The translations under genes and the position numbers were made by a program. DNA of 58,341 nt from NCBI GenBank assembly GCA_964016885.1, contig CAXHJY010000209.1:1-58341 (forward strand), in the 5' to 3' direction. Positions 13,880-28,159 of the stretch are shown in pieces. The notes beneath the pieces were generated by a model. The model was not told the origin of the DNA. It did not search any database and was given only the letters and a program-made list of their open reading frames with translations. The stretch is from Eledone cirrhosa. Lineage: Eukaryota. How positions within the stretch are numbered: position 1 is the stretch's first letter; each line of letters begins with the position of its first letter.

Positions 13880-14927
13880 AATAATGCTGTGATATATATT
13901 TCAATGACGACACTCGCCAGGCTATTCTGTGTGCGAGTGTCGTGACATCATCAGACAGCTTTTTACATAATAAGATTATGTTTCCGGGGCAATCCAAGTT
14001 GAATCGACATGGGAACGGACGAAGTGTGTGCTTTTGGGTTCTTCATCCGTTCCCCTGTTAGTACCAATTCACCCCCACCGGTCTGCGCAGGCGCATGTCC
14101 GAAGGAAGTTGACCATTAGCTACCGCAGATATAAACGAAATTCGCTTAGTCAGTTCACCCTCTCAGCCAAACAATGGGGGACGACGTCTGTACCATAGTT
14201 TACTGCTACCCGTCCCGTCTGTGGCAGTCAGCCGAAAGCCAGAGGGGATGGGAGAGTGTTACTTCTTACAGTTCACAATACTACCTCTCACCAAGCATGG
14301 ACAGTACGACTGATCATCAACTCCCAAGAGAAAATATACTTAATTCTAGGTATCATGGTTTTACATTGGAAGTTATGAGTGAGAGTTGGAAATAAAAATT
14401 AAAATCATAAATCAAAAATTATAAATTAAACAATTAAAAAATTAACAATTAGAAATTAAAAAAATTTTCAAGTGAGAATCCGGATTGAGGTGAGTAAAAA
14501 AACATAGATTGAAGTGAGTAAATAATGTGGAGAAGGATGTTTAAGTAAGAAGTTCTGAGAGGGGTTCCAATGTCACAGTTACACTATCCACATATTGAAC
14601 GATAGTGCCGTATATTAGAACGGAGGATAAACTACAGTATTCAAGGCAGTAGTCAATCTGGTACACAGTCATAATTTCCATCACATGGAACAAAACCAAA
14701 GAAAACAGATATAAAGTACACAAAAGAAAAGAACCAATAATGAATAAATGCAAAAACACAGAGTACATATATGCAAAATGATCCATATGATTGTCAATTT
14801 GTCAATGTATAGATTGAAGGGGGCTTCTGTTCAAAAGCGATTTGGTGCATGAAAATGTGTCGTCATTGAAATATATATGTCATTGAAATATATATGTCGT
14901 CATTGAAATATATATCACAGCATTATT
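13880..14927 (-). mobile_element. Non-autonomous ~1 kb HHR-bearing element (PLE derivative) with an inverted partial pLTR
   Basis: Complete HHR at 13886-13959; inverted HHR 3' half repeated three times at 14857-14927; no coding capacity seen. Confidence 0.65.
13886..13959 (-). ncRNA. Type I hammerhead ribozyme with a long stem II
   Basis: gctgt-CTGATGA-tgtcacgacactcgc..gcgagtgtcgtcatt-GAAA-tatata-TC-acagc. Confidence 0.9.
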
Positions 14928-14928
14928 T

Positions 14929-15116
14929 GGATTGGCAGTATCGGTAGAGGGTTGGACGCCATGCTTTCCAGCATAGTTACGTCCCTTTACGATCTGAGTT
15001 CAAATCCCGCCGAGGTTGACTTTGCCTTTCATCCTTACGGGGTCGATAAAATAAAGTACCAGTAATGAACTGGGTCATTGCTTGCCTTGTGCCTAAAGTA
15101 GAAACAATTATTATTA
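14929..15116 (+). mobile_element. tRNA-derived SINE (subfamily 1)
   Basis: Reverse-complement match to 13477-13670. Confidence 0.88.
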
Positions 15117-15169
15117 AAGGACTTGAACATCTGAAACTACTTCGCTTTTACAGATATTATATATATATA

Positions 15170-17218
15170 TAATGGAAAAATTTGAACAGGGACAAAACAG
15201 AGAGGCAGTACAACCAATGTTTATTAATTTCACGCTCTGGAGAGTGGGGTGTTGGTGGGGGACGACGTTTCGGGCATAAGCCCTTCCTCAGGTGAGAAGT
15301 GTGTGGGAACGGAGTTCAAAGGGTGTGTAGGGGAGTGGTGGAGAGACATATAGCGAAAGGAAACGGTGCGAATGAAAAAATAAAGATAAAAATAAAAATA
15401 AAGCATGATCAAAATACAAGGAATGAAATAAATTTAAATATAAAAGCATGTTCAAAATAAACTGAAATTAAAAGGGGGGTAAAACAGGTGGTGGAAGGGT
15501 GTGGGGTGTGTAGGGGTGGTGGCGGGTGGAGTGGGGAGAGGGAGACGGGGTGTCCGAGCGGGGAGGGCTGAAGGTGGTGTGTGTGTGTGTAGGTGTACGT
15601 GTGTGTGTATGTGAAAGGAAGGGTTGGGGGAAGAACGGAGTTGCATGTTCAGGAAGAGGTGTGTGTGTGTGTGGGGGGGGGTCGGAGTGTCTATGCGTGT
15701 GTGGATAGAGGGGTGGGGGGAGAGGAATCAGGAGGCTGAGGGTGTAAATATGTGGTGGAAAGCACGTGTGTGTGGGGTTTAAGCGTGTTGTGGGTGTAGG
15801 TGGCGTGTGGAGAAAAAATGTTTTTTGGGGTGTGTGTGTGTGTGGGTGAGTTATATAGGTGATTACGTAAGAGGATGGTTGAAAAGTTGGTAAAATCCAA
15901 AGGTGTTTAGTGGATTCTGTGTTGGTCAATTTCTGCGTGCGGGTATTCCATGAAGCGATGGTCGGAAGAGGAGAGATGTGGGGTGCGCGCGCAACAGGAA
16001 GTGGTCAAGCAGTGGGAGTGCTGTGTGTCTGTTTGTGCTGGGAGGTGGTCAGAGGGCATAGCAGCAGTCGGTGGAATGGTAAAGGGGCGAGGATGGGTAG
16101 GTGTGAAAGTTGGAGTGAGGAGGGGGTGTGTGTGTGTATTAGTAGAGGTGTTAGTTGGATGAGTGAGTGTGGAGCGAGGGTGTGGGTGGAGTGGGGAGAG
16201 AAGGGTGTGTGTGGTTCTATGGAGGGAGTGTGGTGTACTGGTGTGTGTGTAGTTTGATGAAGGGGTGTTAGTGGGTGTTAGTATACGGGAGGTGGGGAGG
16301 GGTTGAATGCAGGTGTGAGTGGGGGTTAGTGGTGGTAGGGTGTGTAGAGTTAGTGGTGTACGAGGGTGTGTGGGTACGTGTGCGTGGGGTTGGGGGGTGT
16401 TAGTGATGTTAGTTGCGTGTGGGGTGGGTGGTGTAAGTGGGTGCGTGTGTTCGTGTGCTTGGGGTTAGGGGGTGTTAGTGAGGTTAGTTGCGGGGTGGTG
16501 GGATGGAGGTGTGGGGGTGAGAGGTGTGGGGGTGAGGGTTAGTGGTGGTAGTAGGGTGTGTGTTTAGTGTGAGCGCGTGTATATATGTGCCGGTGGGTGT
16601 GTGCGTGTGATAAGGAGGGGGGAGGAGGAGAAGAAGGGAGGGATGTTAGTATGTTAGTTGGGGAAGGGTGGTCAGATGAGGGGTGGAGTGGAGGTGTTAG
16701 TATTGTTAGTTGTGGGGTGGGCGGTGAAAAGGAGAGGTGTGTTAGTGGTGTTAGTGAGGGATAAGTGTGGGGGGGGGGGGGTCGAAGGCTAAAGGAATAA
16801 GGGTGGGGAGTTCAGCCCGGGGAAAGTGTGGGTCTGTAAGATGAAGATAGTTCGTTGTTCGACCCTAAGGCGATTGGCGGGTGTTCCGTGGCACTGGAGT
16901 AGGCCACAGACTGTGAGATGGCGTGCAGAATGTCCAGGGCCACCAAAGTGGCGGGCGATGGGGGAACTACCCCCGAGACGAATATCCCGGAGGTGCTCAG
17001 TGAATCGGTCTGCCAGGCGATGTCCCGTCTGTCCGACATAAGTCGCGCTGCATTCCGTGCAACGAAGTCCGTAGACTAGGTTGGAGGAGGTGCAGCGGAA
17101 GGCATGCCGGACAGAGAGAGAGTGGCCGTTGGGACCCTGTAAGGTGGTGGTGTTGGTGATGTGGGGACAGGTATTGCAGCGGGGCCTAGAACAGGGAACG
17201 GAACCGGGGGGGGGGGGT
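15170..17218 (-). mobile_element. Neptune-like PLE copy 2 (GIY-YIG plus 3' UTR only)
   Basis: Collinear with 9256-11310; ORF segment PCSRPRCNTC...SSNLVYGLRCTECSATYVGQTGHRLADRFTEHLRDI...PGLN ending at 16789. Confidence 0.9.
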
Positions 17219-17224
17219 GTATAT

Positions 17225-17267
<43 letters not shown>

Positions 17268-17287
17268 TATATATATATATATATAAA

Positions 17288-17319
<32 letters not shown>

Positions 17320-17336
17320 TATATATATATATATAT

Positions 17337-20300
17337 AGTAATAATAATAAATTTGAAGACTAAAATCCAAAGAAGGCTCGATAAGGATGAATATATATCA
17401 AATATATAAGAACCGTAGTTTAAGCAAAGAATCGCTGCTTTCACCCTTAACGGGATCTTATGAAACTAACAAATTCAATCTGTAAAAACAGAAGTGGATA
17501 TTTCAAAAAACGTTGCTACCGAAGACAGGAATACGATACTTTGGTTCGTGAAAACGTTCCCTGGCAAAGCACGGGAAAAAACGAATATAATACGTCATTA
17601 ATAGGAGCGGTGAAAAAAAATTACGTGCAAAGACATAACCACGTTTATGGTATAAAAGAAGTCGTAGGCTAATGTTCTCTTAGGTGGTTCATAGAGACGT
17701 TCTCTGGCAATGAACGGAAAAAATAAGGTTGCCTTGGCGTGCCTTTTATTTCGATAATCCGCGAAAAGCAGACAACAAACAGGATAAATTTTGGTTTAAA
17801 ACCTATAATAACCCCCCGTGTAACCCAGCACTGCTACCCTTCGAAAATGATGTCTTCGAACTCATACGGAGTATCAAATTTCGGAATAGGAGCAATTCCT
17901 TCCAGCAAGACCTGAAGAATAGAATTCGTTCTATTAAGGATTCTAATGCCGTGCACGTCCATTCCGACAAAACTGGCAACCTATATCAAGTGGAGCGCAG
18001 TACTTACCATCAACTACTACATAATGCTGTAACTAAGGATTACGGTAAAACTAATCGCTGCGTCATCAATGAAATCAACGATGCTGGGTTTAAAATCACC
18101 TCTGATCTCAACATCCTGGACCGGACCGAACCTCTGGACCCTATTTCTCCCCACTTTACCCTGAAGGATCACAAATCCAATTTTCCGAACAACCCCTCTA
18201 CTCGGCTTATTAACCCTACGAAGTCCGATTTAGGTAGTCTTAGTAAAAGGATTCTTGATAGAATTATACCTGAAATTAGAAGTTTGGCCCCTCTTGCACT
18301 GTGGAACAATTCTTTCGCGGTGATTGATTGGTTCAACGGCATATGCAACAAGGAACATTGCCGTTTTATCCAATTCGACATCAACAATTACTACTCCTCC
18401 ATCACTTTACCACTTCTCCTTAGAGCTATCAATTTCGCTAAAACACTCACAGTGGTTAAGGATTTCGAAGTTGATGTCATCCTCAATGCCCGTAAGTCGG
18501 TGATTAATTTCGACGACTCTATTTGGATTAAAAAATCCAATAGTACCCCATTCGACGTGAGTCTGGGCGCCAGCGATTCTGCGGAGGTTACTCATCTTAT
18601 CGGCCTTTTCCTTCTTTTCTCTATCAAGGACGAATTCCCCAACGCTGGCGGTGGTTTGTACCGTGATGATGGTATTTGACCATGACTAAGTGCGGACCTC
18701 GTGCTTGTGACAGGTTCAGAAAAGAACTCACAGCGTTCTTTAAAGGCTTCAACCTCTCTATACAGGTTGAGGCCAATCTCTCGGTCGTTAATTACCTCGA
18801 CGTTACCCTCAATTTATCGAATGGGTTGTATTACCCGTATAGAAAGCCGAATGATACGCTTAATTACATAAGTAAGCATTCCAACTATCCTGCCAGCATA
18901 ACCAAGAACCTGGTAAGAAACGTTTCGTTGAGGCTTTCCCGTCTATCTACTAACGAGCATATTTTCAACGACCATTCCACTTATTACAATGACGCTCTTG
19001 CTCGGAATGGTTTTGTCGATAAGGTAGCATATACAGAGTACGAAAATAGACCTAGAAGATATAGATCCCGTCGCATTTGTTGGTATAACCCACCATATAA
19101 TATGGAGGTGGCCACACCATTAGATAAGATCTTTCTTTCCATTATTACGAAGCATTTTCCCCCTACACATAAATATAGTAACATTTTTAATAGAAATACT
19201 ATTAACATTTCTTACTGTACGACTCCTAACCTTGCACATAACATCACAGCTACCAAATTTAGGTAAACTACCTAGCCGTAGGAACACGTGCAACCCTGTA
19301 GTTAGTACTAACTGTAATTGTAGGATTCGGGTGGTTTGCCCCCTATCCGGGAAATGCCTCTCTAGTAACATTGTCTACAAATGTAAGGTTGAAACACCCA
19401 CATCCCGTAGTGCCTACATAGGGTTAAACGCCAATAGATTCAAGTAGCCTTTTTACATGCATACCCATTCTTTCGTTATCCTCTAAGAAGGAATATGACG
19501 TCACTTTCAGCTTATATCTGGAGTCTAAAAGACAACCACACCCAATATAAGTTACACTGTGAGATCGTAGCTAGGGCTAGATCGTATAACGGAAATAAAA
19601 GACCATGTGACCTCTGCGCCGTTGAGGCCCTGGAAATACTCTACGCCACAGACCACATCTTAAACAAATAATCTGAGGCAATTTCGGCTTGTAAACATAA
19701 ATTGCACAAAACTTTCCTGTATTACAGCCCCACGTTATACCCTAACGGATAGTAGGATCTATACGTGGATATTTTACGTCTTGATGTGGTAGCTAAGTAT
19801 ATGTTTTGTTTATACCATTACTTATTTGCATAGGTAAGTATATTACCTGTATGTTTTGTGAAGGTACGTATACTTTCTCGTACGTATATTTGATTGTATA
19901 TGTTATTGCGTATCATTTTTATATATTCTGGTACATATGGTTTGGTTATGTGTATACGGGGGTTTTGCGTCTGTGTGAGTATGCAGGTTCGTACGTATGT
20001 AGGATGTGTGTATATGTGTACTTCATGCTTTGGTTGACTTACGTCTCCGAACATGTGTGTATTTTCATGTAGGTATCTGTGTGCGATTGTTATATACGTA
20101 TTCATTTATTTATATACGTTTATTTAATTATTTATTTACTTGTATACACGCACACACACACATATTTATATGTGCGTGGTTTTCTATACCTATGGCAAGT
20201 GTTTTCGCGTATGCTTGTGTATGTACGTATTTGCATGCGTGTATGCATTTATTTAATTTCTATTACCTCTGTATTGTATTTTATTTACTTCATTCTTAAC

Positions 20301-20757
20301 TCTGAAGCGGAGATTCTTTCGGTTTCCTAGTTAGAATTTTAGTCTACGACTTCTGCTATACCATTTACGTGGTTTTGTCTTTGCATGCAATTGTTCTCCA
20401 CGCTCAACATATGACGAATTATCTTCGTTTTTTCCGTTCATTGCCTGAGAACGTCTCTATGAACCACCTAAGAGAACATTAGTCTACGACTTCTTTTATA
20501 CCATAAACGTGGTTATGTCTTTGCGCGTAATTGTTTTTCACCGCTCCTATTAATGACGTATTATATTCGTTTTATCCCGTTCTTTGCCAGCGAACGTTTC
20601 CACGAACCAAAGTATCGTCTCCTTGTCTTCCTCCGGTTGCAACGTTTTTTGAAATATCCACTTCTGCGTTTACAGATTGACTTTATTTGTTTCAGAAGAT
20701 CCCATTAAGGGTAAAAGCAGCGATTCTTTGCTTAACTTTAATCTGTTATTTTAATGA
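17337..20757 (+). mobile_element. Naiad-type PLE-3 with an inverted 5' pLTR (17337-17725) and a 3' pLTR (20430-20757)
   Basis: 17420-17725 is the reverse complement of ~20430-20735, the classic PLE inverted-pLTR architecture; TA-flanked. Confidence 0.92.
17729..19752 (+). pseudogene. PLE-3 RT plus GIY-YIG with several frameshifts and stops
   Basis: WRAFYF, SDKTGNLY, LKDHK.NF.NNPSTRLINPTKSDLG, QFDINNYYSSI, GGLYRDDG, VNYLDVTLNL, WYNPPY, CNCR...CPLSGKCL..NIVYKC....AYIG, CDLC..E, CKH. Confidence 0.9.
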
Positions 20758-20773
20758 ATATATATATATATAC

Positions 20774-21800
20774 CAGATAGAAAAATGGGTACAGCAAAAA
20801 AAAGTAATATTGTTGGAATATAAACCTTTAAAAATACAGGACAAGAAACTAAAATAAAACTTTAAAAGAATAGGACAAGAAACTAAGATAAAACTTTAAA
20901 GAATTGGACAAGAAATAAAAAAATTTACAATAACATTAGTGGCAAAATTTTTATTGGTAAAGAATCGAGTTCCACATTCATAGGCTCTGGGTTCCACATT
21001 CAGAGGTCGTCGTCAGACCGGGGGGATCATTTGATCCTGGTTTGAACACCAATTGGGCCATAACCATACTCCTATTTCATCATTCGGCGACACGCCTCAT
21101 GTGTCTAGCATAATGTGAATGGACCTATGGGCCCTTGAGCACAGATCTTGAGCAGCAGCGGACGGTCTTGTCGTCCCGCTCATCCTTGATTTTGACCAAC
21201 CCGTCCATCTTCTCCTTGCATCTTGTCCTTGAGTTCAAGTCCGGCAGTCCAGATGAATGCGTGCCACAGCTTTCTGGTACAGGAAGGGGGAGCAGGAGGA
21301 CTGGAGGGATGACGGGACAGAGGGAAGAGGGAGGGAGGGCCGGTGGTTGAGGGAGGTGCCGTAGTCGGTGGTCAGAGTCGACATCTTGTCCCGGTCGTCT
21401 TCTCCATCTTTGTCTGGTGTTGCGGGACCAGAAGTGCATTCTTGGAGGAGACCTGCAGCTGCATCGGCCAATTCTTCTTGCACTGGTCATTCTGACGGAG
21501 CAGAACTGCTCAGCCAACCAACCCCAACCGGAACCAACCGCTCAGGGGCAACGCACAACGAGAGCATGACAATTATTATGCACTAATCAAGAAGATACTG
21601 GGACATAGCACAGGAAACGAATAAAAAAATTGTGCCACTAATATTGTAAAATATTTTATTTCTTGTCCAATTCTTTAAAGTTTTATGTTAGTTTCTTGTC
21701 TTATTCTTTTAAAGTTTTATTTTAGTTTCTTGTCCTGCATTTTTAAAGGTTTATATTCCAACAATATTACTTTTTTTTGCTGTACGCATTTTTCTATCTG
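20774..21800. mobile_element. ~1.03 kb fold-back/MITE-like element with ~180 bp terminal inverted repeats
   Basis: 20774-20955 is the reverse complement of ~21620-21800; the TIRs contain three ~31-33 bp ggacaagaaa subrepeats; GC-rich core; no clear TSD. Confidence 0.75.
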
Positions 21801-22287
21801 ATCTACTATTTTTTAAGGCAATGCAAGCAACAACTATCTAATAATTAAAAGATCATAGTGAATTACTGACAAGTGATTGACATTTTAAAGTTCTTTTGAG
21901 TATAATTGCAATCTAGTTGAGGCAACTGGCTTAATGACAAAGCTAGTAAATCATGAATGCATTTGAGATGATTAGTGCATAATAGTGAATTGGTGAAACT
22001 TGTGCATTTCAATGGTGTTACGGATAAAAACTGATACTGTTGTCTACGACCTTTATATAGGATTGTCATGTTTCTCTGTATCTGCAATGTGGGTATACAA
22101 AATAAGAATTATGATATTAACTTTTATTTAAAATCGCAAAAAATGCTGTGCTTGAAAACTTCAAAAAGTAATTCTATTTTTATTGATGACCTCTTAGTTG
22201 CTCATACTAATTTTGTAAAAGATTTCAAGCCAATAATCAGAATGATCTGGTATAATTTTTATGCAGATAAATGACTAATTAGTATAA

Positions 22288-22353
22288 AGGGCCATCCAGA
22301 TATCATGTGGACACCGCGAACCAAAAATGGTCACATGATATCTGGATGGCTCT
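22288..22353. mobile_element. 66 bp PIF/Harbinger-like mini-element
   Basis: 22 bp TIR (21/22 match) agggccatccagatatcatgtg, flanked by TAA on both sides. Confidence 0.6.
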
Positions 22354-22513
22354 TAAGCATCCCCTCCACATGGCGGAGACATGGGTCATCATCGTGAAGC
22401 AATCACCTATTTTTAAAATATTAGACTATCATAAATGAATTTAGTTAAAAATACAATTTGAAATATATTAGATTACCTCCCCTTTTAATTACCTCGTAAT
22501 TACCTCCCCTAGC

Positions 22514-22557
<44 letters not shown>

Positions 22558-22561
<4 letters not shown>

Positions 22562-22891
22562 GGTTATGCACGAGTGCATTAATGTTTTCCAGGACACAGT
22601 GTTATGTACCGTGTAGTGGAATGTCAGCTTACAACAGAGTGGTGCTCAACGAAATGCAGAAAAAAGGTGTATATTCCAGTTTAGCTATATTCCGGGGCGT
22701 GTATAAAGAATTAAAAAGAACAGAAAGATGCAGTAAAAGAGATTTATTCGGTTCTTACGTACGTTTCAATAGACATCAATTTGCCTAGATCTCTTATAGA
22801 TGTAGCGAGATCTAGGCAAATTGATGTCTATTGAAACGTACGTAAGAACCGAATAAATCTCTTTTACTGCATCTTTCAGTTCTTTTTAATT

Positions 22892-22897
<6 letters not shown>
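22558..22897. mobile_element. pLTR-like fragment with a ~195 bp fold-back palindrome (22702-22897) carrying HHR 3' halves
   Basis: ~90 bp arms around a 13 nt loop; each arm has GAAA-cgtacg-TA-agaac. Confidence 0.7.
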
Positions 22898-22964
<67 letters not shown>

Positions 22965-23026
22965 AAGTATAAATATATATATATATATACAATATATATA
23001 TATATACAATATATATATATATATAT

Positions 23027-23078
<52 letters not shown>

Positions 23079-23148
23079 ATATATATATATATACAATATA
23101 TATATATATATATATACAATATATATATATAATTATATACAATACATA

Positions 23149-23225
<77 letters not shown>
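22895..23225. repeat. (TA)nCAA array
   Basis: Direct reading. Confidence 0.95.
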
Positions 23226-23228
<3 letters not shown>

Positions 23229-23850
23229 AAAGGAAAAGAAAATGCTGACAAACTGTTCCCATGAAAAATAGTTTAATTAGCAATAAGTAAAAATTAGTAA
23301 TAATATTCGTTAGTATTCAGTTTTGGTTTTAAGTTTTACCGGTTGCGCATTTCTAATGCTTTTCAAAAATAATTTTGATATAGAGCGCTCGTGATGTTTG
23401 CCCTAATCTGATTAGTTATGGAAATTCTACCTGTTTTATGTAAAAAAAAGTGGCTCTAGCGTATGAAAAAATTCTTGTGGTCCAAAAAATTTTCATTGGT
23501 CGGTAGAGGTCATGTGAATGTTAAAAATTGATTTTGCGCCAAATGTAGATTTGTCTCGGCTGATTGAGAAGTCACTGAAAAATAGGTCTTTCAAGCCAAA
23601 TATGTGTGTGTAAGTGTGTGTGTGTGTGTGTGTGTGTGTATGTAGTAGTAGTAAAGAGGTCCGTTGTTGTGATAATGGTCAGCAGTAATGTGTGTGCGAA
23701 CCGCAGCCTGTTCAGACAAGTGTGTGTGTGTGTATGTGTGTAGCAGAGTAATTCGTGGTAGAGGGATGGTCAGTAGGAATGTGTCTGTACGTGTGTGGGG
23801 GATATTTTAACATGTTAAAAGATATTTTTCAGCTCTTGTCTTATACGGAG

Positions 23851-23852
<2 letters not shown>

Positions 23853-23942
<90 letters not shown>
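23853..23942. repeat. (GT)n microsatellite
   Basis: Direct reading. Confidence 0.97.
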
Positions 23943-23943
<1 letters not shown>

Positions 23944-24632
23944 TCTTTGTATGTTAATGTACGCGTGTGTATGTGTGTGTGTATATATATGTGTGTGTGT
24001 ATATATGTGTGTGTGGGGGGGGGGACAGTATGTTTGTGATACTGGTAAAAATGGTGTACATTATTCGATATTTTCAGTAAAAACGATTCTCTCAATTGAA
24101 CATCAAAAACCTTAATAATAAAAGGTGTGAAATGATATACAGTATTGTCATAATACTAAGGTGTGTGTGAGTGTCAAGATTGTACGTACTGCAAGGGGAA
24201 TCCATTAGGCCTTGCCGTATTGGAATACTTGTGTACAAATATGTATGTGCCCATCAGTGTGCAATGCATGTGTGCATATATGTATGTGTGTGTGTCGGCA
24301 CGTTTATATCTATAGACATCAAAAGGTATGCAAATTTGTGTATATTTGTGTTGCACCATAGAACATTTGTGTTTACGTATGTCATTGTGTTTATATGTGG
24401 ATAGAGATGTATACTGATGTAGGTATGTATGTTGACGTGTGTATGTTGTGGGTTCGTCTTAGGGTGAAGTGTTTAGACGTCTTAGGGAGAAGTGTTTCAA
24501 TGAGGAACTGGAATCATATGATTCCAGTTCCTCAGTGAAGTAACAACCCAACCAGGACCTGGGTATATCAGAGTATTGACAACATTATACACCTCAAAAA
24601 CATATGTACTTGTCTATACCACACTAATTCGG

Positions 24633-24687
24633 ACTGCCTGAAGAGGTCACAGCCAAAGATGGCTGTCACCGAAATATATATAGCAGT
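24633..24687 (+). ncRNA. Type I hammerhead ribozyme at the 3' end of a probable PLE 3' UTR (~24040-24735)
   Basis: actgc-CTGAAGA-ggtcacagcc-aaagat-ggctgtcacc-GAAA-tatata-TA-gcagt. Confidence 0.9.
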
Positions 24688-24730
24688 AATAAACGAAGCT
24701 AAAGTTTTAAACATTTGACTTATTTATTTT

Positions 24731-25380
<650 letters not shown>

Positions 25381-25381
<1 letters not shown>

Positions 25382-25987
25382 CATAAATCATGTCTTTAGA
25401 ATCATCAGATAAAATATATACTATTTCTTCTTCTAATTAGCATAATTAACCATATAAAAAATCAATTAGATCAAGCTATAAGAAGAAAGGCACTTATGGA
25501 GAAATCTCCGACAAATAACCGAACGTAACCTCTTCGCGGTGGCCCCAATCGAGAATTTATCCAACATTTCGACAGCATGTAGAAATTGACTAAATATATC
25601 ATCAACCATACACAATTAGTTGTTAAATTAAACTTAGAAGAAATGCGTACCTACCGTATTTTAATCTCTACCATGGTTTCATCCTTATTTTTAGACATCC
25701 AAATAATAGGAATGTCCTGAGTTAGGATTCATCAGGAGACAAACTCAAAATCAGACATCTAGTTTTTCAATCCGATCCCGCCAAAAATAGATTCAAAAAT
25801 GGCTAAGAATCGCTATGTGTCTGTGGTCAAGCCAGAAAGAATGTGATTGGTTGCTTACGGCGGGTAGGCTTGCTGCTAGAAAGCGCAGCCAAATATCGCC
25901 AAATTTAATCTCAACCTATCTTGGGATTATTAAATATAAAGGTTAACATATACATAAAGTTATAGATATATACATGTTGCAACTGGT
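25381..25987 (-). mobile_element. Solo/non-autonomous pLTR-like element with an HHR; paralog at 35487-35858(+)
   Basis: 25381-25751 is the reverse complement of 35487-35858; both are TA-flanked. Confidence 0.8.
25664..25740 (-). ncRNA. Type I hammerhead ribozyme
   Basis: gtctc-CTGATGA-atcct...aggat-GAAA-ccatgg-TA-gagat. Confidence 0.85.
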
Positions 25988-26047
<60 letters not shown>

Positions 26048-26050
26048 ATA

Positions 26051-26134
<84 letters not shown>

Positions 26135-26177
26135 ATATATATATATATATACAATATGTTTATAATATATATATTCT

Positions 26178-27196
26178 ATTCTAAGGCGGGTAAAATTCCC
26201 GAGGTCCATGGACGAGTTCTCTCCAGCGGTCTCTGTCCCTCATTATCGCTGCCATGTCCTGCGTCTCCAACAGACCATTGTCTGTCCTTAGAGCATCAAC
26301 ATACGTTAACCTTGATCTTCCTCTTCAAGTATGTCCATGTAGGGTCTCCCAAAGGAGCACTGAGTGCAATGTCAACTCTGGATGTCGGTGAGCATGTCCA
26401 GCCAATCTCAGTCTCCTCTGTGTCACTTTTGAGCTGACTTTTGGGATGCTCCCATACAGCTCTGAGTTTTTCATCCTCAGTGTATATTGATTAATGTTCA
26501 GAGCCATCCTCAGCATTCTCGTGTAGCACCCATCCACCATCTGAGTGAGTTTCTTGGTCAGTCTCCAAGTCTCAGACCCATACAGCAGCACAGACTCCAC
26601 TACAGTGATAGTGATTAGTGACCACCGACTTGTTATGAGTGAGGTCCGGGTGAGCTTAAGAAAGAGCAAGGCTCGGTCCCGGAGAGCAATCTATGATTGG
26701 GAGCTTTCAAGGAAGATGATAAGCTACAGGAGAGGTTCACAGTGGAAGTGAGAAACAGGTTTAGTGCTCTGTGTGGAGAGTCAGAGGAGAGATAGATTGG
26801 ATGGACTGAGGAGAGTGTGACGAGGAGGTACGGGCACTTCACCAATGCAGTGGCGGAAGCAAGTGAAACCCTGGTGCCAAGGAAAAAGAACAAAGGGAAG
26901 CACGTCAGCACTGCAAACCCAAAAGTGTGTGCAGCCAGAGAACACCTGAAAGCTGCCAAGGACCAATTCTATGCTGATGCTATGGAGGAGAGGATGTAGA
27001 CTGTGGAGGTGATGAGGGAAGAGCTCTGTACCGCTTACACTGATGCCAGAGAGGAGGCACTGATAGAGAAGATCAGAAGTGTGGAGAGAGCGGTTGACAG
27101 TTCCGAATGTAGGGAGAGCTGGATGATCATCAACGAGATCACAGGGAGGAAGAGGTGTTCGAGTCAGATCCAGGGAACGGGGCCCGAGGATAGGAA

Positions 27197-27197
<1 letters not shown>
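26178..27197 (-). mobile_element. RTE/RTE-X-like LINE 3' end (26178-26605, -) joined to an inverted upstream piece (26607-27197, +)
   Basis: Minus: VESVLLYGSETW..DGCYTRMLRMALN..RLRLAGH..RHPE. Plus: SDHRLV (end of AP endonuclease) and following linker. Confidence 0.8.
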
Positions 27198-28148
<951 letters not shown>

Positions 28149-28159
28149 TCTATCTAAGT

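Noticed and set aside
18670-18685. TGA right after YRDDGI as possible selenocysteine readthrough (some Naiads are selenoproteins)
   Set aside because: Homologous sequence continues in another frame (single T loss in atttgacc); the TGA is not at a Cys position.
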